Shown in pieces: positions 1-11,107 of a DNA stretch of 64,000 bases (positions within the stretch are counted from its first letter, which is position 1; each line of letters begins with the position of its first letter). The DNA comes from Nitrospinales bacterium. GTDB taxonomy: Bacteria; Nitrospinota; Nitrospinia; Nitrospinales; VA-1. The notes beneath the pieces were generated by a model that made no database searches, was not told where the DNA came from, and saw only the letters and a program-made list of their open reading frames with translations. The translations under genes and the position numbers were made by a program. The stretch is taken from positions 480,001 through 544,000 of the forward strand of contig CBDCXL010000002.1 in NCBI GenBank assembly GCA_965223795.1. The letters are read 5' to 3'.

Positions 1-392
1 GGGTTGAGCTTGTTGAACTTCGGCAGCAGCGGATGGAACGACATCTTGAACCCGCGCGTCTGGATCAGGTTGGACACGATCCCCGCGAACAGGATGGTGA
101 ACAAAATGGGCGCGAGAATGAAAAAGGTGCTTTTCAATACCAGGAGCAGCACCCGGTACAGCTCCTCGGTGGTCAGCTTCAAGGCGTAGGATTCGGAGAG
201 GATGGTGCGCCAGGTGTCCATCATCTTGATGGGCCCCTGCTGGCCGATCGCGAAGAACGCCAGGATCGCCGCCATGAGGATGAAGGAAGAGGTCATCTCG
301 CGGCTGTGTGTGAAGTTGCCCTTCTCCTCCGCTTCCTGGATGCGTTTGGCGGACGCCTCTTCGGTCTTCTGGTCTTTGTTTTCTTCCGCCAT
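1..392 (-). CDS. flhB: Flagellar export protein FlhB (5' part, runs off window)
   Basis: Manual translation from ATG at 392: MAEENKDQKTEEASAKRIQEAEEKGNF..SREM...PKFNKLNP, the typical FlhB N-terminus; follows fliR. Confidence 0.93.
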   Translation of the reverse strand, partial: MAEENKDQKTEEASAKRIQEAEEKGNFTHSREMTSSFILMAAILAFFAIGQQGPIKMMDTWRTILSESYALKLTTEELYRVLLLVLKSTFFILAPILFTILFAGIVSNLIQTRGFKMSFHPLLPKFNKLN

Positions 393-446
393 CCAAGTGG
401 CCGCTAACCTTTATAAGGTGAATGAAGGATTTGTGCAAAGCCCGCA

Positions 447-1223
447 TCACAGCGTTCGCATCAGATTCAAAAGCTGGGTGGGCAGCTCAAATATATGATT
501 CTTGAGCACGATGCTGAAAAACGGCATGGCCAGCGCGATCATCAAAAGCCCGACGCCGATCTGCAGGGGAAAGCCGACGATGAACACGTTCATCTGCGGC
601 ACGGTGCGCGCCACCAGCCCCAGCCCCACGCTCAGGAAAAACAGGATGGCCATGACCGGCGCCGCGATCTTGACGGCGATCAGGAACATGGCCGAAAACA
701 GTTTCAGGATGTACTCCGCCGTCACGCCGCCCAGGCTCATGCTGGCCGGGTGGATCACATTGAAACTCTCGACCACCGCGCCGATCACGATGTGGTGCGC
801 GTCGGTGGCGAGAAAGAGGAGCACCGCCAGGATGTTCTGAAACTGCGCGGTGATGGACACCTGCGCCTGGGTCTGCGGGTCGATGACGTTGACCACGCCG
901 AAACCCATCTGAAAGTCCACGATGGTGCCCGCCACCTGCACGGAGGTGAACACCAGCCGGGTCGCGAACGCGATCGCCAGTCCCACGGCGGCTTCCGAGG
1001 CCAGGTACACGGCAAGCTCGAACAATCCTTTGGGATCGGGCATGGGCTTGCCGCTGACCATCGGGAAGATCAGCAGGCTGAACATCAGGATGAAACCCGC
1101 CTTGAGCCGCACCGGCACCTGGGCGCTGCCCAGGATGGGCGCGAACAGCACGATCGCCCCGACCCGGAAAAACACGAACAGAAAGGTTTCGATCTCTTCG
1201 GTGTTGAAGTTTAAAAGATCCAT
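447..1223 (-). CDS. fliR: Flagellar biosynthesis protein FliR
   Basis: Hydrophobic 258 aa; AGTIVDFQMGF and RTVPQMNVFIVGFP motifs. Confidence 0.96.
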   Translation of the reverse strand: MDLLNFNTEEIETFLFVFFRVGAIVLFAPILGSAQVPVRLKAGFILMFSLLIFPMVSGKPMPDPKGLFELAVYLASEAAVGLAIAFATRLVFTSVQVAGTIVDFQMGFGVVNVIDPQTQAQVSITAQFQNILAVLLFLATDAHHIVIGAVVESFNVIHPASMSLGGVTAEYILKLFSAMFLIAVKIAAPVMAILFFLSVGLGLVARTVPQMNVFIVGFPLQIGVGLLMIALAMPFFSIVLKNHIFELPTQLLNLMRTL

Positions 1224-1242
1224 GCCAGCTCATCCGCGGCCG

Positions 1243-1512
1243 CTACTGTATGTATTCGGGAAAGTTCATGAGGATTTTCGATGTGAAGTTGAGCATGATC
1301 TGCAAAAGCCAGGGAAAAAACAGCACCATCGCCAGAAACACCGCCAGGATCTTGGGGATGAAGGTCAGCGTCAACTCCTGGATCGAGGTCACCGCCTGGA
1401 ATATGGAGACCGCCAGCCCTGTGACCAGCCCGAAACCGAGCATGGGTGCGGAGACCAGGAGCGCGGTTTTCATGCTCTCCATGGCGAAGTCGATGATGAA
1501 GGTCTGGGTCAT
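1243..1512 (-). CDS. fliQ: Flagellar biosynthesis protein FliQ
   Basis: SIFQAVTSIQELTLTFIPK motif, 89 aa. Confidence 0.96.
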   Translation of the reverse strand: MTQTFIIDFAMESMKTALLVSAPMLGFGLVTGLAVSIFQAVTSIQELTLTFIPKILAVFLAMVLFFPWLLQIMLNFTSKILMNFPEYIQ

Positions 1513-1521
1513 ATTTTTTTC

Positions 1522-2280
1522 CTAACTGAAGCTTTTCATGAGCGATCCCACGGTCAGGTACCAGCCGTCCACCATGACGAACAGCATGAGCTTGAACGGC
1601 AGCGAGATCAGCACCGGCGGCAGCATCATCATGCCCATGGAAAGCAGGATGCTCGCGACCACCATGTCGAGAATGAGAAACGGGATGTAGATGAGAAAGC
1701 CGATCTGAAACGCGGTCTTCAGCTCGCTGATGATGAACGCGGGAATCAGCGTGCGCATGTCGATCTGCTCCGGAGCCGTGGGCCGCTCCCCGTCGGTCAG
1801 GTTGACGAACAAAGACAGGTCCTTCTCGCGGGTCTGCCGCATCATGAAGCGCTTGAGCGGGATTTCGGCCTGCTTCAAGGCATCGACCTGGGACATCTCT
1901 TCCGAGAGATAGGGCTGCAGGGCCTTGTCATTGACCTCGGACCAGATCGGACTCATGACGAACAGCGTGAGAAACAGACCCAGACCGATCAGCACCTGGG
2001 TCGGCGGCGTCTGCTGGGTGCCCATCGCCTGACGCAGAAAGGACAGCACGATGATGATCCGGGAAAATGAAGTGGTCATGATCAGAATCGAAGGGGCGAG
2101 CGCCAGAACGGTGAGCAGGATGAGAATCTGCAGCGCGCTGGAAACCTTCTCCGGTTCGTCCACATCGTCGATGCCCACCTGAAAGGTCGGAAACGGAATG
2201 GCGGCGCTTTCGGCGGCGCTCAAGAACAGCACGCAAACCAGAACCGCCGCGATGCCTGTCCACTTCTTTCCGGGTGTCAT
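1522..2280 (-). CDS. fliP: Flagellar biosynthesis protein FliP
   Basis: MTTSFSRIIIVLSFLRQAMGTQQTPP and GMMMLPPVLISLPFKL motifs. Confidence 0.97.
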   Translation of the reverse strand: MTPGKKWTGIAAVLVCVLFLSAAESAAIPFPTFQVGIDDVDEPEKVSSALQILILLTVLALAPSILIMTTSFSRIIIVLSFLRQAMGTQQTPPTQVLIGLGLFLTLFVMSPIWSEVNDKALQPYLSEEMSQVDALKQAEIPLKRFMMRQTREKDLSLFVNLTDGERPTAPEQIDMRTLIPAFIISELKTAFQIGFLIYIPFLILDMVVASILLSMGMMMLPPVLISLPFKLMLFVMVDGWYLTVGSLMKSFS

Positions 2281-3422
2281 AGGGATCTTAGTTTTGTGAG
2301 ATTTTTGCGGATCTTTTCGGTGACCTCGTCGACGGAGCGTTCCTTGGGGGAGCGGGAATCGGAATACTCTTCCAGGTACCTGGAAAACCGGCTCTCAGGC
2401 GACGCATCCGGCAGGGTCCGCGCCGGTTTTTCGGTTTTTTTGACTTTGCGCCTGGTTTCGTGCGCCGGGTTTTTGTTTTTCTTCTCGCCGAAGGCGCGGA
2501 TCTTTTCGATGCGCTCCTCGTCGCGGATGTTGGACAACAGCGAGATGTTGTCGTTGGAGATGCCGAGCACCAGGACTTCGTCGGCGATTTCCACCAGGGC
2601 GATGTTCTTTTTCGGGCCGAGAAAGCCCGTGCCCAGCACGCGCACCAGCTTTTCGTTGCCGCCGAACAGCGTGTTTTTGAGCACGAATTTCTTGAACACG
2701 TAAAACAGCAGAAACATGATGCCGAGCACCACGGAGAGCATGGTGAACATGCGCACGGCGGCGGGCAACGGGTCCAGCAGGCCCTCGCTCTCGACCGTTC
2801 TTGATTCCGCGGCCTGCTCCAGAGAAAGGTTCTGCTTTTCCGGCTTCACGGCGCGGACTTTCTGCACCTGAGGCACAGGATCGGCGGGCTTGGACACCCG
2901 CACCACACGCGGCTTGGAAACCGGCGGCGCCGGCTGCTCTTTGCGCGCGGTCGGCGGCGTGTCCCAGCGTTTCGCGGCCTGGGCCAAAAGCACGTCCAGA
3001 TCCTCCGCTTCGCCCTGGGCGATGCGCACGGTGAGGGTCTTTCCGCGTTTTTCCAGTTTGAAGTTTTCCTTGAGGCCAGGCAGTTTCTCGCCGAGCACGA
3101 ATTGAACGCGCAGGGTTTTGCTGCTGATCTGGGTCGCGGCGATCTGCGGAATGCGGTTGTCGCCGGTGTAGAAAAACCGCTTGGGCAGGCGGATGCGCGC
3201 GTCGGGCAGGTCCATCTGCACGGAGTTATTGAGAAACACGGGCGCTTCGAACCGCGACACCGGGCGCTTGAACTGCAGCTTGATGATCAAACTCCCCGGC
3301 TCTTTTTCCGCGACCACGTCCTGCAGAAAGTTGCGCGGCACAGACTGCGCCCCGGCAACGCCGGTTCCTATAAGGAGAACGCATCCGATCCCGATGATGA
3401 ATGTGTAGAGACACCGTTTCAT
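2277..3422 (-). CDS. fliO: FliO family protein with long periplasmic N-terminal extension
   Basis: TM segment followed by LGPKKNIALVEIADEVLVLGIS (FliO); lies between fliN and fliP; ATG 3422 gives a signal peptide (ORF track starts at 3482). Confidence 0.8.
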   Translation of the reverse strand: MKRCLYTFIIGIGCVLLIGTGVAGAQSVPRNFLQDVVAEKEPGSLIIKLQFKRPVSRFEAPVFLNNSVQMDLPDARIRLPKRFFYTGDNRIPQIAATQISSKTLRVQFVLGEKLPGLKENFKLEKRGKTLTVRIAQGEAEDLDVLLAQAAKRWDTPPTARKEQPAPPVSKPRVVRVSKPADPVPQVQKVRAVKPEKQNLSLEQAAESRTVESEGLLDPLPAAVRMFTMLSVVLGIMFLLFYVFKKFVLKNTLFGGNEKLVRVLGTGFLGPKKNIALVEIADEVLVLGISNDNISLLSNIRDEERIEKIRAFGEKKNKNPAHETRRKVKKTEKPARTLPDASPESRFSRYLEEYSDSRSPKERSVDEVTEKIRKNLTKLRSL

Positions 3423-3495
3423 GGCAAGAAAGGCCTGTCGATGGAGGGTGAACTGAGTGTCAAAAAATACGGCAATGCTCACTGAAATGATTTAA

Positions 3496-3513
3496 ATGCA
3501 AGGCTTATACCTA
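3496..3513 (-). promoter_or_regulatory. Putative sigma-54 promoter for fliO-P-Q-R-flhB
   Basis: Minus strand TAGGTATAAGCCTTGCAT = GG-N10-GC with TTGC at -12. Confidence 0.6.
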
Positions 3514-3752
3514 ACAGCCGGGAGGCAGGGAGGATTTTCGGTCATCCGCGGCGGCGGATATATTCCGGCTTAATTTTCAGTGGGTTTGAATCGAAATGCA
3601 GAAAAAAATATTTTAAACAGGGAGGGATCGTGGATTTTTACGGAGCGAATGCACAAGGCCGTCCGACAAATTTCCTGCACTCCCCGCCGGAGGGACGAAT
3701 TGCGAACGCCGGAATGAGAAAAGGAGTTGTTTTGAATCGGGCGCTTCGGGAA

Positions 3753-4121
3753 TCACCCCAATGACTGCACCCGCTCCATGGGCGAGACGATGTCGGTGAG
3801 GCGCACGCCGAATTTTTCGTTCACCACCACCACTTCGCCGCGCGCCACCAGCTTCTGGTTGACCAGGACTTCCAACGGTTCGCCCACCAGCTTGGTCAGC
3901 TCCACCACCGAGCCCTGCCCGAGCTGCAACAGGTCGTTGATCAGCATTTTCGTGCGGCCGAGCTCCACGGTGACGGTGAGCGGGATGTCCAGGATGAGAT
4001 CGAGGCTGCGGTTGTCCGCAGGCGCCTGATCCTCCTGCCCTTCCTCGTCCGGAGTCTCCTGTTCCGTCGCGGTGTCTTCGGCGTTTTCGGCCGCTTCTTC
4101 TTTACCCGGCTCTTCCGCCAT
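3753..4121 (-). CDS. fliN: Flagellar motor switch protein FliN
   Basis: LDIPLTVTVELGRT...GEVVVVNEKFGVRLTDI. Confidence 0.96.
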   Translation of the reverse strand: MAEEPGKEEAAENAEDTATEQETPDEEGQEDQAPADNRSLDLILDIPLTVTVELGRTKMLINDLLQLGQGSVVELTKLVGEPLEVLVNQKLVARGEVVVVNEKFGVRLTDIVSPMERVQSLG

Positions 4122-4125
4122 GAGG

Positions 4126-5106
4126 TCACTTCTCCCTTGGAATTATTTCATCGATTTGAACGGCCTTGGAACCTTTGGCAACTCCGGGGAATCCCCTGAA
4201 CTTGGGGATGCCCTCGATCTTGACGGTCATCGGCCGGGACACGTCGTTGCCCAGCAGGAGCGTGTCTCCCACTTTGTAATTGAGCAGTTCCTTCGGCGTG
4301 ATCTCCGTGCGGCCCAGCTCCACCACCGCTTCCACCTCGGTCTGCATCAGCTCCGACCGCAGCCTGCGCACCCAGCCCTGATCGACCTCCATCTCCTCGC
4401 TCTGGAACTGCGCCTTGAGCTTGGGCATGATGGGCTCGATGGCGGCGAAGGGAAGGCAGACCGTCAGGGTGCCGGAAATCGTTTCCAGTTCGATGTCGAA
4501 CAACAGCACCAGCACCACGTCCGTGGGCGGGACGATGGCGGCGAACTGGGGGTTCACTTCCGAGCGCACGTAATTGGTGGTGACGGCGTGCACCGGCTTC
4601 CAGGCTTTTTCCAGATCCTCGAGCGCGTTCAGCACGACGTTTTTGATCATGCGGATTTCGATGGAACTGAAGTCCCGGCCGGTGATTTTCGCTTCCATGG
4701 TGCCGCTGCCGCCGAAAAAATTGTCGACGACGGCGAACACCAGCTTGCTCTCGATGACCATCAGCCCGTGGCCGCGAAACGGCTCCATCCGGAAAATGTG
4801 CAGGCTGGAGGGAACCGGCAGCGAACGCAGAAAATCGCCGAACTTGATGGTGTCGGTGGAGACGATGCTCACGTCGACGGACTTGTGCATCATTCCCGCG
4901 AAGGTGCTGCGGAACAGGCGGGAGAACATCTGGTTGATGATGTCGAGGGTGGGCAGCCGCCCGCGTATGATCTTTTCCTGGCTGGTCAGATCGTAGGGCA
5001 CGACTCCGGAGACTTCCTCCGGCTGGTCTGTCTCGGTCTCGACGTCGCCCTCGCCGACCCCTCTCAATAGGGCATCGACTTCACCTTGCGAGAGTACCTG
5101 GCTCAT
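4126..5106 (-). CDS. fliM: Flagellar motor switch protein FliM
   Basis: N-terminal CheY-binding VLSQGEVDALL; RGRLPTLDIIN; SEVNPQF. Confidence 0.97.
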   Translation of the reverse strand: MSQVLSQGEVDALLRGVGEGDVETETDQPEEVSGVVPYDLTSQEKIIRGRLPTLDIINQMFSRLFRSTFAGMMHKSVDVSIVSTDTIKFGDFLRSLPVPSSLHIFRMEPFRGHGLMVIESKLVFAVVDNFFGGSGTMEAKITGRDFSSIEIRMIKNVVLNALEDLEKAWKPVHAVTTNYVRSEVNPQFAAIVPPTDVVLVLLFDIELETISGTLTVCLPFAAIEPIMPKLKAQFQSEEMEVDQGWVRRLRSELMQTEVEAVVELGRTEITPKELLNYKVGDTLLLGNDVSRPMTVKIEGIPKFRGFPGVAKGSKAVQIDEIIPREK

Positions 5107-5187
5107 TGTGCTTGCATCCCCGCTTGCGCATGAAGGCCGCGCTGCGTCCGGGTTTTCGCCCGGCGCGCACGGACCGCGTTCATTTTA

Positions 5188-5709
5188 TCACTGAATGATG
5201 AATTCGGTGAAATAAGCGTCTTTAATATGACCGCGCACCAGAAACCGGTTGACCCGGGTGGCGATTTCATCCTTCAGCTTGAATTTCCCCTGGACGGAGT
5301 ATACATCCTCAAAGGTTTTGCTGCTCAACAAAACCAGGATGGAATCGGTGATCTTCTGCAGGTTCTCCTTGATCTCGGCGTGCACTTCCGGCGCGCTGAG
5401 CTCCAGGGAAACGGTCACCTTGAGAAACCGCTTGCCTTTGCTGCCAGCCAGGTTGACGATGAACGGGTCGAGCGGAAACATGACGCCCAGATCCGGCGCC
5501 GTCTCCGGCTGCTCCACGGCGGTTTCGTCCTGCGCTCCCTCAGGCTCGGCTTCTTTTTTGAAATACTTTGTGTAGGCGAAAAATCCGCCGCCGCCCAGAG
5601 CCAGCAGAAGGATCAGAAGGATGAGAATGAATTTAAAGGACGATTTCTTTTCCGCAGCCGGAAGTTCCTCCCCGCCTTCGTCCAGAGCATTTTCCTGTTC
5701 TTCCGCCAT
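5188..5709 (-). CDS. fliL: Flagellar basal body protein FliL
   Basis: Single TM, LDPFIVNL, C-terminal YFTEFIIQ. Confidence 0.95.
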   Translation of the reverse strand: MAEEQENALDEGGEELPAAEKKSSFKFILILLILLLALGGGGFFAYTKYFKKEAEPEGAQDETAVEQPETAPDLGVMFPLDPFIVNLAGSKGKRFLKVTVSLELSAPEVHAEIKENLQKITDSILVLLSSKTFEDVYSVQGKFKLKDEIATRVNRFLVRGHIKDAYFTEFIIQ

Positions 5710-5832
5710 TCATCGTCTCCCTCATCGCTAAACGCAGGCGTGGGAATTCCTCTTCCAATTAATCCGCCCGTTGGCGGTTTTCTCCACCGGCACCCTAAGG
5801 GCAGAAGATGGTTTTATCCCATCAGTGTGAAA

Positions 5833-5850
5833 AAGCAAGGAGTGTGCCAA
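5833..5850 (-). promoter_or_regulatory. Sigma-54 promoter for fliL-M-N
   Basis: Minus strand TTGGCACACTCCTTGCTT matches TGGCAC-N5-TTGC exactly. Confidence 0.8.
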
Positions 5851-6043
5851 CACCCCCTTTTTCGCGGGTGAGCGGCATCCCATTGACTTTAAAAGATTAT
5901 CTCGATCGCCAGCCGTTGCAAAGAACCGGGGCCGGGTGGAGAAAGTCATTATTTTGACGAGACCGGCGCCGATGCGCCCTCCCCTGCCGCCGTTTTGCCC
6001 GTCAACTTTTCTTCGGACGGCCCGGCGGATTCCTAAACCGGTT

Positions 6044-6092
6044 TGTTCAATTATGTCGCACTCTTTGAGCCGTTTTGCCCGCTTTCAAAGCA
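6044..6092. promoter_or_regulatory. Putative tandem NtrC-type enhancer sites
   Basis: Two 17-bp TG...GCA boxes (6044-6060 TGTTCAATTATGTCGCA; 6076-6092 TGCCCGCTTTCAAAGCA) offset by 32 bp, upstream of amtB. Confidence 0.5.
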
Positions 6093-6209
6093 AATTTTCA
6101 AATTCCGGTTTTTTCCCGGAAACGGCGCATGCGCTTGAGGCTCTCTCTACTTGACTTGAAATCAAGGACTTAATCGGTCGGCGCGGTTTGCGGGCCGGTG
6201 CCCGGCTTC

Positions 6210-6227
6210 CTGGTACGGGAATTGAAC
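6210..6227 (+). promoter_or_regulatory. Putative sigma-54 promoter of amtB
   Basis: CTGGTACGGGAATTGAAC: TGGYAC-N5-TTG with GA instead of GC at -12. Confidence 0.5.
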
Positions 6228-6373
6228 ATCATTCCCTGAATGGATGAGTTTCATTGTGCCCGGCCGCGGCGCGCATTTGTGCCGCAGCTTCGCCCCTTTG
6301 AGGCCGGTGCGGTGCATTTCATTCCATCGGTTTTTAAGGATTCTTTCTTTGAACAGTAAGGAGGCTGTGTTCG

Positions 6374-7669
<1,296 letters not shown>

Positions 7670-7767
7670 CGCCTTGCCGAATGTACGCGTTGTCCGGGAT
7701 TGAGGCCGCCTGTATCTTCGCTTGCCGGATGAGCGTTGTGTTTTTTTTCGGTGGAGCGATTTTTTGA

Positions 7768-7796
7768 TTGACTTTTCGACGCTTAAAAAATATGGT
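7768..7796 (+). promoter_or_regulatory. Sigma-70-like promoter of the porin gene
   Basis: TTGACT-17 bp-TATGGT. Confidence 0.5.
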
Positions 7797-7906
7797 TCCC
7801 CTACGGCGGCCGGGTTCCGATAACTAAGATCGAAAGTGTCATGCCAACGGATTCGGCCGGGCGATGTTGCGGCAGGCCGGAGACTTCTTACGGAGGGGAG
7901 GGTATC

Positions 7907-9049
7907 ATGCGTCATCACCGTATCATTGTGCTCGCGCTGACGTTTTTTCTCGCCGGCGGCGGGACGGCCCGGGCCGAAAGCGCGTTGAAGGTCCTTGAGG
8001 GTATCGAAATCCACGGATTTCTGTCCTCGTCCTACACGTTCAACTTCAACGAGCCCACCCGGCAGTCGCCCAATTCGGCCACCAACATCAACCGGATATT
8101 CGACAAGGACCACAACAGCTTCAAGCTGGACGTGGCCGAGCTGGTGCTGCTCAAGGAAACGCCCAACCGGGGCGATGTCGGATTCCGCACCGATCTCAAC
8201 TACGGATTCAGCATCCCGGAAGTCACGCAGTCCACGCCCGGACCCGGCGACACGCAGAACAGCGAATTCGACCTGCAGCAGGGCTACGTGTCCTGGAACG
8301 CGCCGGTGGGCAAGGGCCTGCAGCTGGATTTCGGTAAGTTCATCACGCATGTGGGCGCCGAGGTCATAGAGGGCTACGACGGCTGGAACTACAACTTCTC
8401 GCGGTCGTTTCTGTTCGGTCTCGCCATTCCCTTCACCCACACGGGTCTCCGGGCGGGTTACGAGATCAACGACAAGGTCAGCGTGATGGGCATGATCGCC
8501 AACGGCTGGGACAACACCACCGACAACAACAGCGGCAAGACCTTCGGCACGCAGATCGCCTACACGCCGTCCGACAATATCGGGCTGCTGCTCAACTGGG
8601 TGGTCGGCCCGGAAACGGCCAACTCCAACGACCTGCAGCAGGTGTTCGACGTGGTGCTGGACATCGGCCTCACCAACGACACGCTGTTGCAGCTCAATTT
8701 CGATTACGGCATCACGGACAACGCGGACGCGGACGGCAGCAACGCGGAATGGTGGGGCATCGCGGGCATCGTGCGGCACGACTACAACAAGTGGTTCTCC
8801 ATCAATCTGCGCGGCGAGTACTTCGACGATGTGGACGGCACGCGCGCCGGTTCCGGCGGCGGAGCCCCGGCCGGTCAGCAGCTGTGGGAAATCACGGTCA
8901 CGCCGGAATTCAGAATCAACCAGAACCTGATCGTGCGGCTGGAGTACCGGCACGACGAATCCACGGAAGCTGTCTTTTTCGATGAGAAACCGGGCGCCTT
9001 GTCCAAGAGCCAGGACACGGTAGCGGTCAACGGGATCTTTTATTTCTGA
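7907..9049 (+). CDS. Outer-membrane beta-barrel porin (BBP2/DUF1597-like)
   Basis: Signal peptide; GKFITHVGAEVIE..NYNFSRSFLF..AIPFTHTGLR; RLEYRHD; C-terminal F; SD before ATG 7907. Confidence 0.85.
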   Translation: MRHHRIIVLALTFFLAGGGTARAESALKVLEGIEIHGFLSSSYTFNFNEPTRQSPNSATNINRIFDKDHNSFKLDVAELVLLKETPNRGDVGFRTDLNYGFSIPEVTQSTPGPGDTQNSEFDLQQGYVSWNAPVGKGLQLDFGKFITHVGAEVIEGYDGWNYNFSRSFLFGLAIPFTHTGLRAGYEINDKVSVMGMIANGWDNTTDNNSGKTFGTQIAYTPSDNIGLLLNWVVGPETANSNDLQQVFDVVLDIGLTNDTLLQLNFDYGITDNADADGSNAEWWGIAGIVRHDYNKWFSINLRGEYFDDVDGTRAGSGGGAPAGQQLWEITVTPEFRINQNLIVRLEYRHDESTEAVFFDEKPGALSKSQDTVAVNGIFYF

Positions 9050-9247
9050 TTCCCTCCCTCCTCCAATGCACACGCCCGCCGGATTCCCAGCCGGCCGGCT
9101 TCGAGGAGCGCATCATCGTTGTGTGTTTCGGGCCGGGCGCTGAGCGCCCGGCCACTTCCTCTTCTCCCCCGTCCAAGACAATGAATCCGGTTTGATTCCC
9201 CCGGCGGAAGCGGTACAATCATTGCTTTCCTTTTCTCTTGCGGGCCG

Positions 9248-9595
9248 GTGCTCACACAAGATCAAAACACCATCGTTTACCTGATGCTTTTGAACGGCAT
9301 CCTGTTTCTGGGGCTCAATTTCATCGCCTATTCGTTCGTGTTCCCCGGCCCCAAAGGCTCCAAGCGCGTGGGTTATGTGCTGCTGGTGGCGGCGGCGCTG
9401 GCGTTCGTGGTGCAGCTGGAATACCGCACCCTGCTGTCGCTGGATTTCGAGCCGCAGGCAGGCCGGCAGATCCTGCTGTTCGGCTTTGCGCTGCCGGTTT
9501 TCCTGATTTCGATAGTGTATTATCGGGTGAAGCGCAACCGCATGGAAAAAAAGACGCTCAAACACCCGCAAGAGATCTCTGATGGAAACGATTGA
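9248..9595 (+). CDS. Hypothetical membrane protein (3 TM)
   Basis: Three hydrophobic segments; overlaps ltaE start. Confidence 0.75.
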   Translation: MLTQDQNTIVYLMLLNGILFLGLNFIAYSFVFPGPKGSKRVGYVLLVAAALAFVVQLEYRTLLSLDFEPQAGRQILLFGFALPVFLISIVYYRVKRNRMEKKTLKHPQEISDGND

Positions 9596-10610
9596 CCTCA
9601 GAAGCGACACGCTGACCCAGCCCACGGAAGCGATGCGGCAGGCGATGGCCCAGGCCGTGGTGGGCGATGATGTGTACGGGGAAGACCCCACGGTGAACCG
9701 CCTGGAGCGCGCTGCCGCGGAAAAACTGGGCAAGGAGGCGGCGCTGTTCGTGCCCAGCGGCACGATGGGGAACCTGATCTCGGTGCTCACGCATTGCGGG
9801 CGTGGTGAGGAGGTGCTTCTGGGGGACCGCAGTCATATTTTCCTCAACGAGGTGGGCGGGATCTCCGCTCTGGGCGGAGCGGTGGTGCACCTCGTTGCCA
9901 ATGAACAAGACGGCACCCTGCCTCTGGAGCGTGTGGAAGCCGCCATCCGCCACAAGGAAATTCATTATCCTCCGACGGGACTGCTTTGCCTGGAAAACAC
10001 GCACAATTATTGTCTGGGCTCACCGCTCTCGCCGGAATACATGGACCGCGCCGGGGACCTGGCCAAGCGCCACGGCCTGAAACTGCACCTGGACGGCGCC
10101 CGCATTTTCAACGCCGCCGTGGCGCTGAAATGCGATGTGAAGGCACTCACGCGGCAGGCGGACTCGGTCATGTTCTGCCTGTCGAAAGGGCTGTCGGCGC
10201 CGGTGGGGTCTCTGGTCGCGGGATCGGAGGCGTTCATCGACCGGGCTCGCAAAATGCGCAAAATGGCTGGCGGCGGCCTGCGTCAGGCCGGACATCTGGC
10301 GGCGGCGGGCCTGGAAGCGCTGGAAAACGGCATCGGCCGGATCGAAGAGGACCACAAAAATGCGGCCCGGCTGGCACAGGGGCTGGCCCGGCTGCCGGGA
10401 ATCGAGATCGAGCCTGCAAAGGTGAAGACCAACATCGTTTTTTTCGGCATGAACCCTTCCGGCCGCGGCGATTTACAGGAGAAGCTGGAATCTTCCGGGG
10501 TGCGGGTGCTGATGACCGATCCGGGCGTGTACCGGGCGGTGCTGCACCGCAATGTCTCCTCAGAGCAGGTGGAGCGGGCGCTCTCGGTCTTTCAGTCGAT
10601 CCTTACGTGA
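9582..10610 (+). CDS. ltaE: Low-specificity L-threonine aldolase
   Basis: IDLRSDT, GDDVYGEDPT, SGTMGN, HLDGARIFN, CLSKGL. Confidence 0.96.
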   Translation: METIDLRSDTLTQPTEAMRQAMAQAVVGDDVYGEDPTVNRLERAAAEKLGKEAALFVPSGTMGNLISVLTHCGRGEEVLLGDRSHIFLNEVGGISALGGAVVHLVANEQDGTLPLERVEAAIRHKEIHYPPTGLLCLENTHNYCLGSPLSPEYMDRAGDLAKRHGLKLHLDGARIFNAAVALKCDVKALTRQADSVMFCLSKGLSAPVGSLVAGSEAFIDRARKMRKMAGGGLRQAGHLAAAGLEALENGIGRIEEDHKNAARLAQGLARLPGIEIEPAKVKTNIVFFGMNPSGRGDLQEKLESSGVRVLMTDPGVYRAVLHRNVSSEQVERALSVFQSILT

Positions 10611-10635
10611 TCCAATCGGGCGGAAGACTTTGGGT

Positions 10636-10664
10636 TTGACACCCACGCGATGAAACATTAGAAT
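10636..10664 (+). promoter_or_regulatory. Sigma-70 promoter of rpoZ
   Basis: TTGACA-17 bp-TAGAAT. Confidence 0.75.
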
Positions 10665-10711
10665 TTGAGGTTTGGAAGGCATCGTCAACCATTTGCCAAG
10701 AAGGGAATTCC

Positions 10712-10945
10712 ATGACCGTACAGGACAATATGGAACTTGCCAAAGAAGCGCTGGACGTCGTCAAGAGCCGCTATCTTTTGTGTATTCTGGTCGCCCAGAG
10801 GATCCATCAACTGGAAAAAGGCGCTCAGCCGACCATCGAGGTCGATCCTGAGGAGCTGGCCTCTCCCCGGTCGTTTTACGGCATCGCCCTGCGTGAAATC
10901 GTTGAGGGCAACATGGACCTGGAGCAGATCAGCGAAGAAGAGTGA
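10712..10945 (+). CDS. rpoZ: RNA polymerase omega subunit
   Basis: SRYLLCILVAQRIHQL...IALREIVEG pattern, 77 aa. Confidence 0.85.
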   Translation: MTVQDNMELAKEALDVVKSRYLLCILVAQRIHQLEKGAQPTIEVDPEELASPRSFYGIALREIVEGNMDLEQISEEE

Positions 10946-11048
10946 CGCCCTGCCCTTTCCATTCCGCTGACTCCGCCTGATTCGCACTTACAACGAACCT
11001 TTTGCACGGTTTCGCACACCGGGTTTAATTTTTTAAATTCAAGCAAAG

Positions 11049-11084
11049 AAAAAAGCCCGCCTCGATGAGGCGGGCTTTTCTTTT
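11049..11084. terminator. Bidirectional rho-independent terminator
   Basis: AAAAGCCCGCCTC-GAT-GAGGCGGGCTTTT between convergent genes. Confidence 0.9.
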
Positions 11085-11107
11085 GAACCTGTTGCTGATT
11101 CCCAGGC

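Noticed and set aside
5125..5180. Hairpin between fliL and fliM resembling part of a c-di-GMP-I riboswitch (CCGGG-CGAAAA-CCCGG-ACGCA)
   Set aside because: Lacks the GGCAAAC and GCAAAG conserved segments and a P3 receptor stem
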